Below are positions 43,281-59,500 of a DNA stretch of 64,000 nucleotides, piece after piece. Numbering within the stretch: the stretch's first letter is position 1; each line of letters begins with the position of its first letter. The translations under genes were made by a program, and so were the position numbers. Source of the stretch: Macrostomum lignano (Eukaryota); assembly GCA_002269645.1 (NCBI GenBank), contig NIVC01000717.1, positions 1-64,000 of the forward strand, in the 5' to 3' direction. A model generated the notes under the pieces. The model had not been told where the DNA came from, searched no databases, and worked only from the letters and a program-made list of their open reading frames with translations.

Positions 43281-44085
43281 ATGTATTGCCAAACTGTTGA
43301 GCACTTTCTACCCCTGCTGCTGCTGCTGCTGCTGCTGCTGACTGCCAGTCCACCAGCGGCTGGCTTCACCTTCGAAATCGTGGGATCCGAGAGCTCATCA
43401 GCACCTGCGAGCATGAAGTCTGTGGCTGGCATAAGTAACTTGGACTGCTCGGTGAGGTGTGCTCAAACAGACGGCTGCAGCGGATTCTCCTGGCTGCAGA
43501 GTCTGTGCCAGCTGTTTGAATTGAGCGCCTTCTCTGGCACCTGGCTGAGCTCGCCACCCTGCGAGATCTTCAAGAAGATAGAAGAGCCGGCAGCTGCTAC
43601 CAGTAAGGAACGAAACGTCACATGGCGTACAGTTTTATCTTGGTCTGGTAAACCTTGAAGCTCATTCACAACTCTGGCTACTCGTTCCCGCAGGTTCTTC
43701 GCCCGCCAACATAAAAAAGTTGAAAATTTCCAGCTGCCAGCACAGCAATACCTACGCTAGCTATTACTGCACAATCTCTATGGACGGCAACAGGGACCAG
43801 ACTGTCTACAGCGCTACTGTAAAAGGCATCGGCGAATGGTGGGAGGCGCGGCTGGCCGCTCCAGCTTTCGTGGCCTACCTCACCATCTACAACCGGCTTT
43901 CCAGTGCTAGTTGGCTCAACAAGTTCAACCTGCTGGTTGATGGCGTTGAGTGCAACCGAGTGGACCTGACGGAGCCGTTCTCCATCGCCAACTTCACCTG
44001 CAATGCTTTCGGCAGCGCAGTTCGAGTTGTCAATCAGCTTAGCAATCATCTCGTTATCTGCGAAGTTGAGATCTACGGTTACTGA
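43281..44085 (+). CDS. Secreted PAN/Apple + F-type lectin-fold protein B, exons 43281-43602 and 43694-44085
   Basis: Same architecture and phase-1 intron as protein A. The C-terminal LLVDGVECNRV.LTEPFSIANF.CNAFGS.VRVVNQL...CEVEIYGY is nearly identical. Confidence 0.85.
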
Positions 44086-45210
44086 GACGTCAAGGTCGTG
44101 TCAAATGAATAACGGATCAACTTCATCCCGAAGCTGCAAAATCTTACTTTTTTATACAACTATAAAACTGACATAAATTAGATTTTTACTCTTAAACAAC
44201 TCTTTGAAGATGAATTTGAAATTTAGGACTTGTAGAAAAATAGATAAGTAGAAATTGTTAGCGACTCAGAAAAAATAAACGCTGGAAATACCTTTCTTGT
44301 TGAACCGCATCAAATCAATCAAGTTTGAGTAATTAATGCTGTTTTCGAACCCACCGCCGACCACAAAGACTCGACGGCTACTCCAGCCCTGTATTCGCTC
44401 TCCAGTTTCCAGTAAAAAGTGGAAATCTATTCACAACAACAAAAATGTTTGCTTGGTTGGGAAATTCAAGCTAAGAACGACACTGTGGAGAGAATTGCAG
44501 AGGTCCCGCCTCTTGACTGGTCGGGTCCCTGTTGCTAGAGCCTTACTTTCGAAGAAAGAACTACAATGAAGGGCAGGAAAAGTGGATTTAAATACTTTCA
44601 GTGGTGATCAAACCTGTTAAAAGTTCTCTATAGGCCCTTAGACTGGAAATTTTTTGGGTCTGCTTTTGTTTGAATCCACAGCAATCTACTCGTAGTCGCT
44701 TTTAGAGTTATTAGCTCAGCGAGATTGGCATGGCTCTTAGTCATGAGTAGCCTTCGCTTAACCCTCATTTCTGAGCTGCAGCTCCGCATCCTGCCCGTGC
44801 CCGGTTGCCCGTGCCTTTAGTCTCCGTCTCCCCAGAGTCCGCTCCGTCTGCTCCTTGTTCTCGACATTCATTTGTATTTTTTCCTCACATGACCAGCTTA
44901 GGCTTGTCCAGTCTGCGAGTGCAATAAAACATGTTTACCAAACTTCCTTGGTCGAGTGTATTTTTTACATGTCTGTGCCAAGGACCTAAGTATCGCAACT
45001 TCTTGCTTCTGGCTCAAGGATTCAAAAAAACACCTGATGTGTCAACTCTAGCATATCGGTTTCGCGTGAAGATTGTTCCATTAGGCTGATATAAGTTTTG
45101 TCTCTGCTCTGGCTTGATGGAGCTCTGGAGCTCTGGAGCTTCAGCCCAAGAACCCCAATCCTCCTGATCACTCGCTGTTCAGAGACTAATAGCGTTCTGT
45201 TCAGCCCACC

Positions 45211-47520
45211 TTAACCATGAGCGGGCGGATGGCCCGATTTCGGGTCATCCCGCCAGCACCGAAGCGAACGGCTGCGCGTTTGTAAAAGTCAATGGGAAAT
45301 CAGTCATCATCTCAGCACACCCGTTCCCGACGGGAATGGCCCGATTTCGGGTCAGTGTCTAAGAATGTTGCAAATAGTAGATGACGCAAAAATGAGAATT
45401 ATTAGCTTAGATATGTCACACCTGTAATTTTAATAATTCGTTTATAATAAAACTACTGTGGAAGTTTTTTAACAAAACTGCAAAAATTTATTGTACGAAG
45501 TAAGCTTGTTCCCAATGAAGCCGGAATAGTCTAATTACATGACTTATAAGGGACAATTTCCAAGTAGGAAAAGATGTAAACACTGGAGCATCTGTAAGAC
45601 ACGAGTAAGCAGGATGGTACAATGAGTAGGTAGGTAGGTAGTTAGGTAGGTGGTTAGGTACATTTGGGTAGGTGATGAAAGGGAACGGCCAGTTAAGGGA
45701 TTGTGCCTGAATAGGAGACTCAGAACTGTGGTACATGCACTTGCACGGGACTGCAATAGAGCCGAAAAATTCATACACGAATAATGCAACGCATAACAAT
45801 TCAGTGAATAACGAACATTAACATCAACAAAAATTCGAATACGTAATAACGATTTTGATTCATCTAATGGTTTGAAGGTAATAAAGCTAATAGCTAATAG
45901 TTAGTGCGAGAGTGCCAGTGTGAAAAACAGGCACCTAGGCAAAGGGCTGGAACTCCCGGGCAGGCTTCGCAAACGAATGTAGTCTTCTTGACCTGGCCAG
46001 CTGCATAGCACACACGACATCTTTTGTGTGGTCGGACCTGGTCTTCCGATTCTTGGAGCCTTGCTTGGTGAATGGGCGTCAGCACCATCTCCTCCGCCAA
46101 TAGCAAGAGCGCCAGCACCACCTGGTGTAGGTCCACGTCTCCTGGCAACCCCAGCGTCCTCCACAAGTCTCTTTATTGCCAGCCTCAGAAACTGCAGAAA
46201 GGTCTTGGTGCCACCTGACTGTCGGTAGATCATCCACGAGTTCTGCACAAGCATCGCAAGAAGATGAAATCCCATATTGTGGAACCAGCGCATGCTCTTT
46301 CGGTTCGCGAGGTACGGGTGCATTGAGGCATCCAAATGGTCAATCCCGCCCATACTGGAAGAATAGGCAAGCACGCTAGCAGGCTTTTGCACTACCGCGA
46401 CGGTTGCGTTGAACCTGAATGCATTCTGCCTTGCCCGCCGTGTCCAGCAAATACAGGGTCTTGGTGCCGCTTTGCTTCCTGTCGACAAATTTACACGCTA
46501 AGAGGTCACCTGAACGTGCGAATGCAGATGAAGTTGGGTGGATGTTGACAGCCTGCAAATCAGCGGGAATGCCGCGATCCTTTCGCACCGTCCCAGCCAG
46601 CAGCGTATCGTGTTGCAGCAACCAATCGACCAGCCGGCGTGATGTAAACCAACTATCAGTGAACACATGATGTCCGAGATGGAGGAGACCGCGGCACAGC
46701 TCTGCCACAACTCTCACGCTCATACTCATGCCTTGACATCCGAGTCGTTCACCAAACTGTTGATTAACCTCAGGAGACGTGTGGATGACGAAGTTCCATA
46801 AATGACACAACGGAGACACGACAGGAGCTGCTTAAATCGGTCTCTTGATAGAGAGAAAGGCTTGGAAAGAAACGGGCAGTGAAAGATCAGGTCGGTTGAC
46901 CAGTAGCTGGCTATTTCTGGCTTCTTGTCGACTCCCATGAGCAGCACAATGCCCACCAACTTTCGAGCTTCATTAGTGGAGCAATCACGCCAGTTTAACA
47001 CCAGCTTCGGTACAGCATCCTGAGTCTCTGCCTCCTGAAAGATCTTCCAGGCTTTTGCGTTGGTCCATCGGCTAATATCTTCAAACAGTTGATCCGTCAG
47101 AAATAGCTTCAGGAAAGCTTCTTCGTTTCCATCCGCAGCATGTGGAGAATGCCAATCAGGTCGTGCACCGGGCTACCGAGGAATTCAGGCAAGGCTGATG
47201 GTCGATTATCAGTGTCAGCTTGAACCATGTGCCACTCACCAACGTGTTCGACTCCTGGGTTCTCTACCTCATCTTCAAACTCATCAACGGCCTCGTCAGC
47301 AGTTGAGTAATAGCTAGACGAATTAGCTGACTCCGAACTCGCACCAGAATCCATGGTTTGTTGATAAACGATTAGTTTGAATGGATCTTGGAAACTCTAT
47401 GCTAGAACTCTATGGAATGCATTTGACTTAACAGCTCCCGACGTCTACGGTTGTGAAAGTTAGACTAAGAAAATTTGTCTGATTTGTCTATGGCCCGATT
47501 TCGGACCAAGCCGTCGGGAC
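45211..47520 (-). mobile_element. Defective piggyBac DNA transposon (transposase remnant ~47354-45894)
   Basis: TTAA at 45211-45214 followed by CCATGAGCGGGCGG. Transposase motifs FTDSWFTS and MGGIDHLD plus the C-terminal CRVC...CEAC...C..C..WH. Frameshifts and an internal deletion; outer TIR on the right not found. Confidence 0.88.
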
Positions 47521-50500
47521 TATGGCACATTATGTTACTTATGGCACATTATGGCACATTATGTTATTTATGGCACACTATGGCACACTATGTTACTTAT
47601 GGCACACTATGTTACTTATGGCACACTATGGCACACTATGGCACATTATGTTACTTATGGCACATTATGTTACTTATGGCACACTATGGCACACTATGGC
47701 ACATTATGTTACTTATGGCACATTATGTTACTTATGGCACATTATGTTACTTATGGCACATTATGGCACATTATGGCACACTATGGCACATTATGTTACT
47801 TATGGCACATTATGTTACTTATGGCACACTATGGCACACTATGTTACTTATGGCACACTATAGCACACTATGGCCCATTATGTTACTTATGGCACATTAT
47901 GGCACATTATGTTACTTATGGCACATTATGTTACTTATGGCACACTATGGCACACTATGGCACATTATGTTACTTATGGCACATTATGTTACTTATGGCA
48001 CATTATGTTACTTATGGCACATTATGTTACTGCACATTGTGTTACTTATGGCACATTATGTTACTTATGGCACACTATGGCACACTATGTTACTTATGGC
48101 ACACTATGGCACACTATGGCACATTATGTTACTTATGGCACATTATGGCACACTATGGCACATTATGTTACTTATGGAACATTATGGCACATTATGGCAC
48201 ACTATGGCACATTATGTTACTTATGGCACACTATGGCACACTATGGCACATTATGTTACTTATGGCACACTATGGCACACTATGGCACATTATGTTAATT
48301 ATGGCACATTATGGCACACTATGGCACATTATGTTACTTATGGCACACTATGGCACACTATGGCACATTATGTTACTTATGGCACATTATGGCACATTAT
48401 GGCACATTATGGCACACTATGGCACACTATGTTACTTATGGCACACTATGGCACACTATGGCACATTATGTTACTTATGGCACATTATGGCACACTATGG
48501 CACATTATGTTACTTATGGAACATTATGGCACATTATGGCACACTATGGCACATTATGTTACTTATGGCACACTATGGCACACTATGGCACATTATGTTA
48601 ATTATGGCACATTATGGCACACTATGGCACATTATGTTACTTATGGCACACTATGGCACACTATGGCACATTATGTTACTTATGGCACATTATGGCACAT
48701 TATGGCACATTATGGCACACTATGGCACATTATGTTACTTATGGCACATTATGGCACACTATGGCACATTATGTTACTTATGGCACATTATGGCACATTA
48801 TGGCACACTATGGCACATTATGTTACTTATGGCACACTATGGCACACTATGGCACATTATGTTACTTATGGCACACTATGGCACATTATGGCACACTATG
48901 GCACATTATGTTACTTATGGCACACTATGGCACACTATGGCACATTATGTTACTTATGGCACATTATGGCACACTATGGCACATTATGTTACTTATGGCA
49001 CATTATGGCACATTATGGCACACTATGGCATATTATGTTACTTATGGCTCACTATGGCACACTATGGCACATTATGTTACTTATGGCACACTATGGCACA
49101 CTATGGCACATTATGTTACTTATGGCACACTATGGCACACTATGGCACATTGTGTTACTTATGGCACATTATGTTACTTATGGCACACTATGGCACACTA
49201 TGTTACTTATGGCACACTATGGCACACTATGTTACTTATGGCACACTATGGCACACTATGGCACATTATGTTACTTATGGCACACTATGGCACACTATGG
49301 CACATTATGTTACTTATGGCACATTATGGCACACTATGGCACATTATGTTACTTATGGCACATTATGGCACATTATGGCACACTATGGCATATTATGTTA
49401 CTTATGGCTCACTATGGCACACTATGGCACATTATGTTACTTATGGCACACTATGGCACACTATGGCACATTATGTTACTTATGGCACACTATGGCACAT
49501 TATGGCACACTATGGCACATTATGTTACTTATGGCACACTATGGCACACTATGGCACATTATGTTACTTATGGCACACTATGGCACACTATGGCACATTA
49601 TGTTACTTATGTCACATTATGGCACACTATGGCACATTATGTTACTTATGGCACATTATGGCACATTATGGCACACTATGGCACATTATGTTACTTATGG
49701 CACACTATGGCACACTATGGCACATTATGTTACTTATGGCACACTATGGCACACTATGGCACATTATGTTACTTATGGCACATTATGGCACACTATGGCA
49801 CATTATGTTACTTATGGCACATTATGGCACATTATGGCACACTATGGCATATTATGTTACTTATGGCTCACTATGGCACACTATGGCACATTATGTTACT
49901 TATGGCACACTATGGCACACTATGGCACATTATGTTACTTATGGCACACTATGGCACACTATGGCACATTGTGTTACTTCTGGCACATTATGTTACTTAT
50001 GGCACACTATGGCACACTATGTTACTTATGGCACACTATGGCACACTATGTTACTTATGGCACACTATGGCACACTATGGCACACTATGTTACTTATGGC
50101 ACACTATGGCACACTATGTTACTTATGGCACACTATGGCACACTATGGCACATTATGTTACTTATGGCACACTATGGCACACTAAGGCACATTATGTTAC
50201 TTATGGCACACTATGGCACACTATAGCACATTGTGTTACTTATGGCACATTATGTTACTTATGGCACACTATGGCACACTATGTTACTTATGGCACACTA
50301 TGGCACACTATGGCACATTATGTTACTTATGGCACATTATGGCACACTATGGCACATTATGTTACTTATGGAACATTATGGCACATTATGGCACACTATG
50401 GCACATTATGTTACTTATGGCACACTATGGCACACTATGGCACATTATGTTACTTATGGCACACTATGGCACACTATGGCACATTATGTTAATTATGGCA

Positions 50501-53500
50501 CATTATGGCACACTATGGCACATTATGTTACTTATGGCACACTATGGCACACTATGGCACATTATGTTACTTATGGCACATTATGGCACACTATGGCACA
50601 TTATGTTACTTATGGCACACTATGGCACACTATGGCACACTATCGCACTCTGGCACACTATGGCACACTTTGGCACACTATGGCACATTATGTTACTTAT
50701 GGCACATTATGGCACACTATGGCACATTATGTTACTTATGGCACATTATGGCACATTATGGCACACTATGGCACATTATGTTACTTATGGCACACTATGG
50801 CACACTATGGCACATTATGTTACTTATGGCACACTATGGCACATTATGGCACACTATGGCACATTATGTTACTTATGGCACACTATGGCACACTATGGCA
50901 CATTATGTTACTTATGGCACATTATGGCACACTATGGCACATTATGTTACTTATGGCACATTATGGCACATTATGGCACACTATGGCATATTATGTTACT
51001 TATGGCTCACTATGGCACACTATGGCACATTATGTTACTTATGGCACACTATGGCACACTATGGCACATTATGTTACTTATGGCACACTATGGCACACTA
51101 TGGCACATTGTGTTACTTATGGCACATTATGTTACTTATGGCACACTATGGCACACTATGTTACTTATGGCACACTATGGCACACTATGTTACTTATGGC
51201 ACACTATGGCACACTATGGCACATTATGTTACTTATGGCACACTATGGCACACTATGGCACATTATGTTACTTATGGCACATTATGGCACACTATGGCAC
51301 ATTATGTTACTTATGGCACATTATGGCACATTATGGCACACTATGGCATATTATGTTACTTATGGCTCACTATGGCACACTATGGCACATTATGTTACTT
51401 ATGGCACACTATGGCACACTATGGCACATTATGTTACTTATGGCACACTATGGCACATTATGGCACACTATGGCACAATATGTTACTTATGGCACACTAT
51501 GGCACACTATGGCACATTATGTTACTTATGGCACACTATGGCACACTATGGCACATTATGTTACTTATGTCACATTATGGCACACTATGGCACATTATGT
51601 TACTTATGGCACATTATGGCACATTATGGCACACTATGGCACATTATGTTACTTATGGCACACTATGGCACACTATGGCACATTATGTTACTTATGGCAC
51701 ACTATGGCACACTATGGCACATTATGTTACTTATGGCACATTATGGCACACTATGGCACATTATGTTACTTATGGCACATTATGGCACATTATGGCACAC
51801 TATGGCATATTATGTTACTTATGGCTCACTATGGCACACTATGGCACATTATGTTACTTATGGCACACTATGGCACACTATGGCACATTATGTTACTTAT
51901 GGCACACTATGGCACACTATGGCACATTGTGTTACTTCTGGCACATTATGTTACTTATGGCACACTATGGCACACTATGTTACTTATGGCACACTATGGC
52001 ACACTATGTTACTTATGGCACACTATGGCACACTATGGCACACTATGTTACTTATGGCACACTATGGCACACTATGTTACTTATGGCACACTATGGCACA
52101 CTATGGCACATTATGTTACTTATGGCACACTATGGCACACTAAGGCACATTATGTTACTTATGGCACACTATGGCACACTATAGCACATTGTGTTACTTA
52201 TGGCACATTATGTTACTTATGGCACACTATAGCACACTATGTTACTTATGGCACACTATGGCACACTATGGCACATTGTGTTACTTATGGCACATTATGT
52301 TACTTATGGCACACTATGGCACACTATGTTACTTATGGCACACTATGGCACACTATGGCACATTATGTTACTTATGGCACATTATGGCACACTATGGCAC
52401 ATTATGTTACTTATGGCACATAATGGCACATTATGGCACACTATGGCACATTATGTTACTTATGGCACACTATGGCACACTATGGCACATTATGTTACTT
52501 ATGGCACACTATGGCACACTATGGCACATAATGTTACTTATGGCACATTATGGCACACTATGGCACATTATGTTACTTATGGCACATTATGGCACATTAT
52601 GGCACATTATGGCACACTATGGCACATTATGTTACTTATGGCACATTATGGCACATTATGGCACATTATGGCACACTATGGCACATTATGTTACTTATGG
52701 CACATTATGGCACACTATGGCACATTATGTTACTTATGGCACACTATGGCACACTATGGCACACTATGGCACACTAAGGCACACTATGGCACACTATGGC
52801 ACACTATGGCACACTATGGCACACTATGACACACTATGGCACACTATGGCACACTATGGCACAATATGGCACAATATGGCACACTATGGCACACTATGGC
52901 ATACATGTACACTATGGCACACTATGGCACACTATGGCATACACTATGGCACAACTAGGGCACACTATGGCATAGTATGGCACAACTAGGGCACACTATG
53001 GCATACACTATGGCACACTATGGCACACTATGGCATACTATGGCACAACTAGGGCACACTATGGCATACTATGGCACAACTAGGGCACACTATGGCATAC
53101 ACTATGGCACACTATGGCACACTATGGCATACACTATGGCACAACTAGGGCACACTATGGCATACACTATGGCATACTATAGCACACTATGGCATACACT
53201 ATGGCACATTATGGCACATTATGGCACACTATGGCACATTATGTTACTTATGGCACATTATGGCACAATATGGCACATTATGGCACACTATGGCACATTA
53301 TGTTACTTATGGCACACTATGGCACACTATGGCACATTGTGTTACTTATGGCACATTATGTTACTTATGGCACACTATGGCACACTATGTTACTTATGGC
53401 ACACTATGGCACACTATGGCACATTATGTTACTTATGGCACACTATGGCACACTAAGGCACATTATGTTACTTATGGCACACTATGGCACACTATAGCAC

Positions 53501-56500
53501 ATTGTGTTACTTATGGCACATTATGTTACTTATGGCACACTATGGCACACTATGGCACATTGTGTTACTTATGGCACATTATGTTACTTATGGCACACTA
53601 TGGCACACTATGTTACTTATGGCACACTATGGCACACTATGGCACATTATGTTACTTATGGCACATTATGGCACATTATGGCACACTATGGCACATTATG
53701 TTACTTATGGCACACTATGGCACACTATGGCACATTATGTTACTTATGGCACACTATGGCACACTATGGCACATTATGTTACTTATGGCACATTATGGCA
53801 CACTATGGCACATTATGTTACTTATGGCACATTATGGCACATTATGGCACACTATGGCATATTATGTTACTTATGGCTCACTATGGCACACTATGGCACA
53901 TTATGTTACTTATGGCACACTATGGCACACTATGGCACATTATGTTACTTATGGCACACTATGGCACACTATGGCACATTGTGTTACTTATGGCACATTA
54001 TGTTACTTATGGCACACTATGGCACACTATGTTACTTATGGCACACTATGGCACACTATGTTACTTATGGCACACTATGGCACACTATGGCACATTATGT
54101 TACTTATGGCACACTATGGCACACTAAGGCACATTATGTTACTTATGGCACACTATGGCACACTATAGCACATTGTGTTACTTATGGCACATTATGTTAC
54201 TTATGGCACACTATGGCACACTATGTTACTTATGGCACACTATGGCACACTATGGCACATTGTGTTACTTATGGCACATTATGTTACTTATGGCACACTA
54301 TGGCACACTATGTTACTTATGGCACACTATGGCACACTATGGCACATTATGTTACTTATGGCACATTATGGCACACTATGGCACATTATGTTACTTATGG
54401 CACATTATGGCACATTATGGCACACTATGGCACATTATGTTACTTATGGCACACTATGGCACACTATGGCACATTATGTTACTTATGGCACACTATGGCA
54501 CACTATGGCACATTATGTTACTTATGGCACATTATGGCACACTATGGCACATTATGTTACTTATGGCACATTATGGCACATTATGGCACATTATGGCACA
54601 CTATGGCACATTATGTTACTTATGGCACATTATGGCACATTATGGCACATTATGGCACACTATGGCACATTATGTTACTTATGGCACATTATGGCACACT
54701 ATGGCACATTATGTTACTTATGGCACACTATGGCACACTATGGCACACTATGGCACACTAAGGCACACTATGGCACACTATGGCACACTATGGCACACTA
54801 TGGCACACTATGACACACTATGGCACACTATGGCACACTATGGCACAATATGGCACAATATGGCACACTATGGCACACTATGGCATACATGTACACTATG
54901 GCACACTATGGCACACTATGGCATACACTATGGCACACTATGGCACACTATGGCATACTATGGCACAACTAGGGCACACTATGGCATAGTATGGCACAAC
55001 TAGGGCACACTATGGCATACACTATGGCACACTATGGCACACTATGGCATACTATGGCACAACTAGGGCACACTATGGCATACTATGGCACAACTAGGGC
55101 ACACTATGGCATACACTATGGCACATTATGGCACATTATGGCACACTATGGCACATTATGTTACTTATGGCACATTATGGCACAATATGGCACATTATGG
55201 CACACTATGGCACATTATGTTACTTATGGCACACTATGGCACACTATGGCACATTGTGTTACTTATGGCACATTATGTTACTTATGGCACACTATGGCAC
55301 ACTATGTTACTTATGGCACACTATGGCACACTATGGCACATTATGTTACTTATGGCACACTATGGCACACTAAGGCACATTATGTTACTTATGGCACACT
55401 ATGGCACACTATAGCACATTGTGTTACTTATGGCACATTATGTTACTTATGGCACACTATGGCACACTATGGCACATTGTGTTACTTATGGCACATTATG
55501 TTACTTATGGCACACTATGGCACACTATGTTACTTATGGCACACTATGGCACACTATGGCACATTATGTTACTTATGGCACATTATGGCACATTATGGCA
55601 CACTATGGCACATTATGTTACTTATGGCACACTATGGCACACTATGGCACATTATGTTACTTATGGCACACTATGGCACACTATGGAACATTATGTTACT
55701 TATGGCACATTATGGCACACTATGGCACATTATGTTACTTATGGCACATTATGGCACATTATGGCACACTATGGCATATTATGTTACTTATGGCTCACTA
55801 TGGCACACTATGGCACATTATGTTACTTATGGCACACTATGGCACACTATGGCACATTATGTTACTTATGGCACACTATGGCACACTATGGCACATTGTG
55901 TTACTTATGGCACATTATGTTACTTATGGCACACTATGGCACACTATGTTACTTATGGCACACTATGGCACACTATGTTACTTATGGCACACTATGGCAC
56001 ACTATGGCACATTATGTTACTTATGGCACACTATGGCACACTAAGGCACATTATGTTACTTATGGCACACTATGGCACACTATAGCACATTGTGTTACTT
56101 ATGGCACATTATGTTACTTATGGCACACTATGGCACACTATGTTACTTATGGCACACTATGGCACACTATGGCACATTGTGTTACTTATGGCACATTATG
56201 TTACTTATGGCACACTATGGCACACTATGTTACTTATGGCACACTATGGCACACTATGGCACATTATGTTACTTATGGCACATTATGGCACACTATGGCA
56301 CATTATGTTACTTATGGCACATTATGGCACATTATGGCACACTATGGCACATTATGTTACTTATGGCACACTATGGCACACTATGGCACATTATGTTACT
56401 TATGGCACACTATGGCACACTATGGCACATTATGTTACTTATGGCACATTATGGCACACTATGGCACATTATGTTACTTATGGCACATTATGGCACATTA

Positions 56501-59500
56501 TGGCACATTATGGCACACTATGGCACATTATGTTACTTATGGCACATTATGGCACATTATGGCACATTATGGCACACTATGGCACATTATGTTACTTATG
56601 GCACATTATGGCACACTATGGCACATTATGTTACTTATGGCACACTATGGCACACTATGGCACACTATGGCACACTAAGGCACACTATGGCACACTATGG
56701 CACACTATGGCACACTATGGCACACTATGACACACTATGGCACACTATGGCACACTATGGCACAATATGGCACAATATGGCACACTATGGCACACTATGG
56801 CATACATGTACACTATGGCACACTATGGCACACTATGGCATACACTATGGCACACTATGGCACACTATGGCATACTATGGCACAACTAGGGCACACTATG
56901 GCATAGTATGGCACAACTAGGGCACACTATGGCATACACTATGGCACACTATGGCACACTATGGCATACTATGGCACAACTAGGGCACACTATGGCATAC
57001 TATGGCACAACTAGGGCACACTATGGCATACACTATGGCACACTATGGCACACTATGGCATACACTATGGCACACTATGGCATACTATGGCACACTATGG
57101 CATACTATGGCACAACTAGGGCACACTATGGCATACACTATGGCATACTATAGCACACTATGGCATACACTATGGCACATTATGGCACATTATGGCACAC
57201 TATGGCACATTATGTTACTTATGGCACATTATGGCACATTATGGCACACTATGGCACATTATGTTACTTATGGCACATTATGGCACATTATGGCACATTA
57301 TGGCACACTATGGCACATTATGTTACTTATGGCACACTATGGCACACTATGGCACATTGTGTTACTTATGGCACATTATGTTACTTATGGCACACTATGG
57401 CACACTATGTTACTTATGGCACACTATGGCACACTATGGCACATTATGTTACTTATGGCACACTATGGCACACTAAGGCACATTATGTTACTTATGGCAC
57501 ACTATGGCACACTATAGCACATTGTGTTACTTATGGCACATTATGTTACTTATGGCACACTATGGCACACTATGGCACATTGTGTTACTTATGGCACATT
57601 ATGTTACTTATGGCACACTATGGCACACTATGTTACTTATGGCACACTATGGCACACTATGGCACATTATGTTACTTATGGCACATTATGGCACATTATG
57701 GCACACTATGGCACATTATGTTACTTATGGCACACTATGGCACACTATGGCACATTATGTTACTTATGGCACACTATGGCACACTATGGCTCATTATGTT
57801 ACTTATGGCACATTATGGCACATTATGGCACACTATGGCACATTATGTTACTTATGGCACACTATGGCACACTATGGCACATTATGTTACTTATGGCACA
57901 TTATGGCACATTATGGCACATTATGGCACACTATGGCACATTATGTTACTTATGGCACATTATGGCACACTATGGCACATTATGTTACTTATGGCACACT
58001 ATGGCACACTATGGCACACTATGGCACACTAAGGCACACTATGGCACACTATGGCACACTATGGCACACTATGGCACACTATGACACACTATGGCACACT
58101 ATGGCACACTATGGCACAATATGGCACAATATGGCACACTATGGCACACTATGGCATACATGTACACTATGGCACACTATGGCACACTATGGCATACACT
58201 ATGGCACACTATGGCATACTATGGCACACTATGGCATACTATGGCACAACTAGGGCACACTATGGCATACACTATGGCATACTATAGCACACTATGGCAT
58301 ACACTATGGCACACTATGGCACACTATGGCACACTATGGCACAACTAGGGCACACTATGGCATACACTATGGCACACTATGGCACACTATGGCATACACT
58401 ATGGCACACTATGGCGTACTATGGCACAACTAGGGCACACTATGGCACAATATGGCACACTATGGCACACTATGGCACACTATGGCACACTATGGCATAA
58501 TATGGCACAATATGGCACACTATGGCACAATATGGCATACTATGGCACAACTATGGCACAACTATGGCATACTATGGCACAACTATGGCACAACTATGGC
58601 ACAATACGGCACAATATGGCACACTATGGCACAATATGGCATACTATGGCACAACTATGGCACAACTATGGCATACTATGGCACAACTATGGCACAACTA
58701 TGGCACAATACGGCACAATATGGCACACTATGGCATACTATGGCACACTATGGCACACTGGCACACTATGGCACACTATGGCATAATATGGCACAAAATG
58801 GCACACTATGGCACAATATGGCATACTTATGGCACAACTATGGCACAACTATGGCATACTATGGCACAACTATGGCATACTACGCACACTATGGCATACT
58901 ATGGCGTACTATGGCACAACTATGGCACACTAAGGCATAATATGCCACTATGTTACACTTATGGCACATTATGTTACACTTATGGCACATTATGTTACAC
59001 TTATGGCACATTATGTTACACTTATGGCACATTATGTTACACTTATGGCACATTATGTTACACTTATGGCACATTATGTTTCACTTATGGCACATTATGT
59101 TACACTTATGGCACATTATGTTTCACTTATGGCACATTATGTTACACTTATGGCACATTATGTTACACTTATGGCACACTAAGGCATAATATGCCACTAT
59201 GTTACACTTATGGCACATTATGTTACACTTATGGCACATTATGTTACACTTATGGCACATTATGTTACACTTATGGCACATTATGTTACACTTATGGCAC
59301 ATTATGTTACTTATGGCACACTATGGCACATTATGGCACAACTATGGCATACTATGGCACACTATGACCCAATATGGCACACTATGGCACAACTATGGCA
59401 TACTATGGCACACTATGACCCAATATGGCACACTATGGCACACTATGGCACACTATGACCCAATATGGCATACTATGGCACACTATGACCCAATATGGCA

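Noticed and set aside
44615-44969. Possible solo LTR (TGT...ACA with AATAAA ~40 bp from the end)
   Set aside because: No matching 4-6-bp TSD for any candidate start, and no PBS, PPT or second copy in the window.
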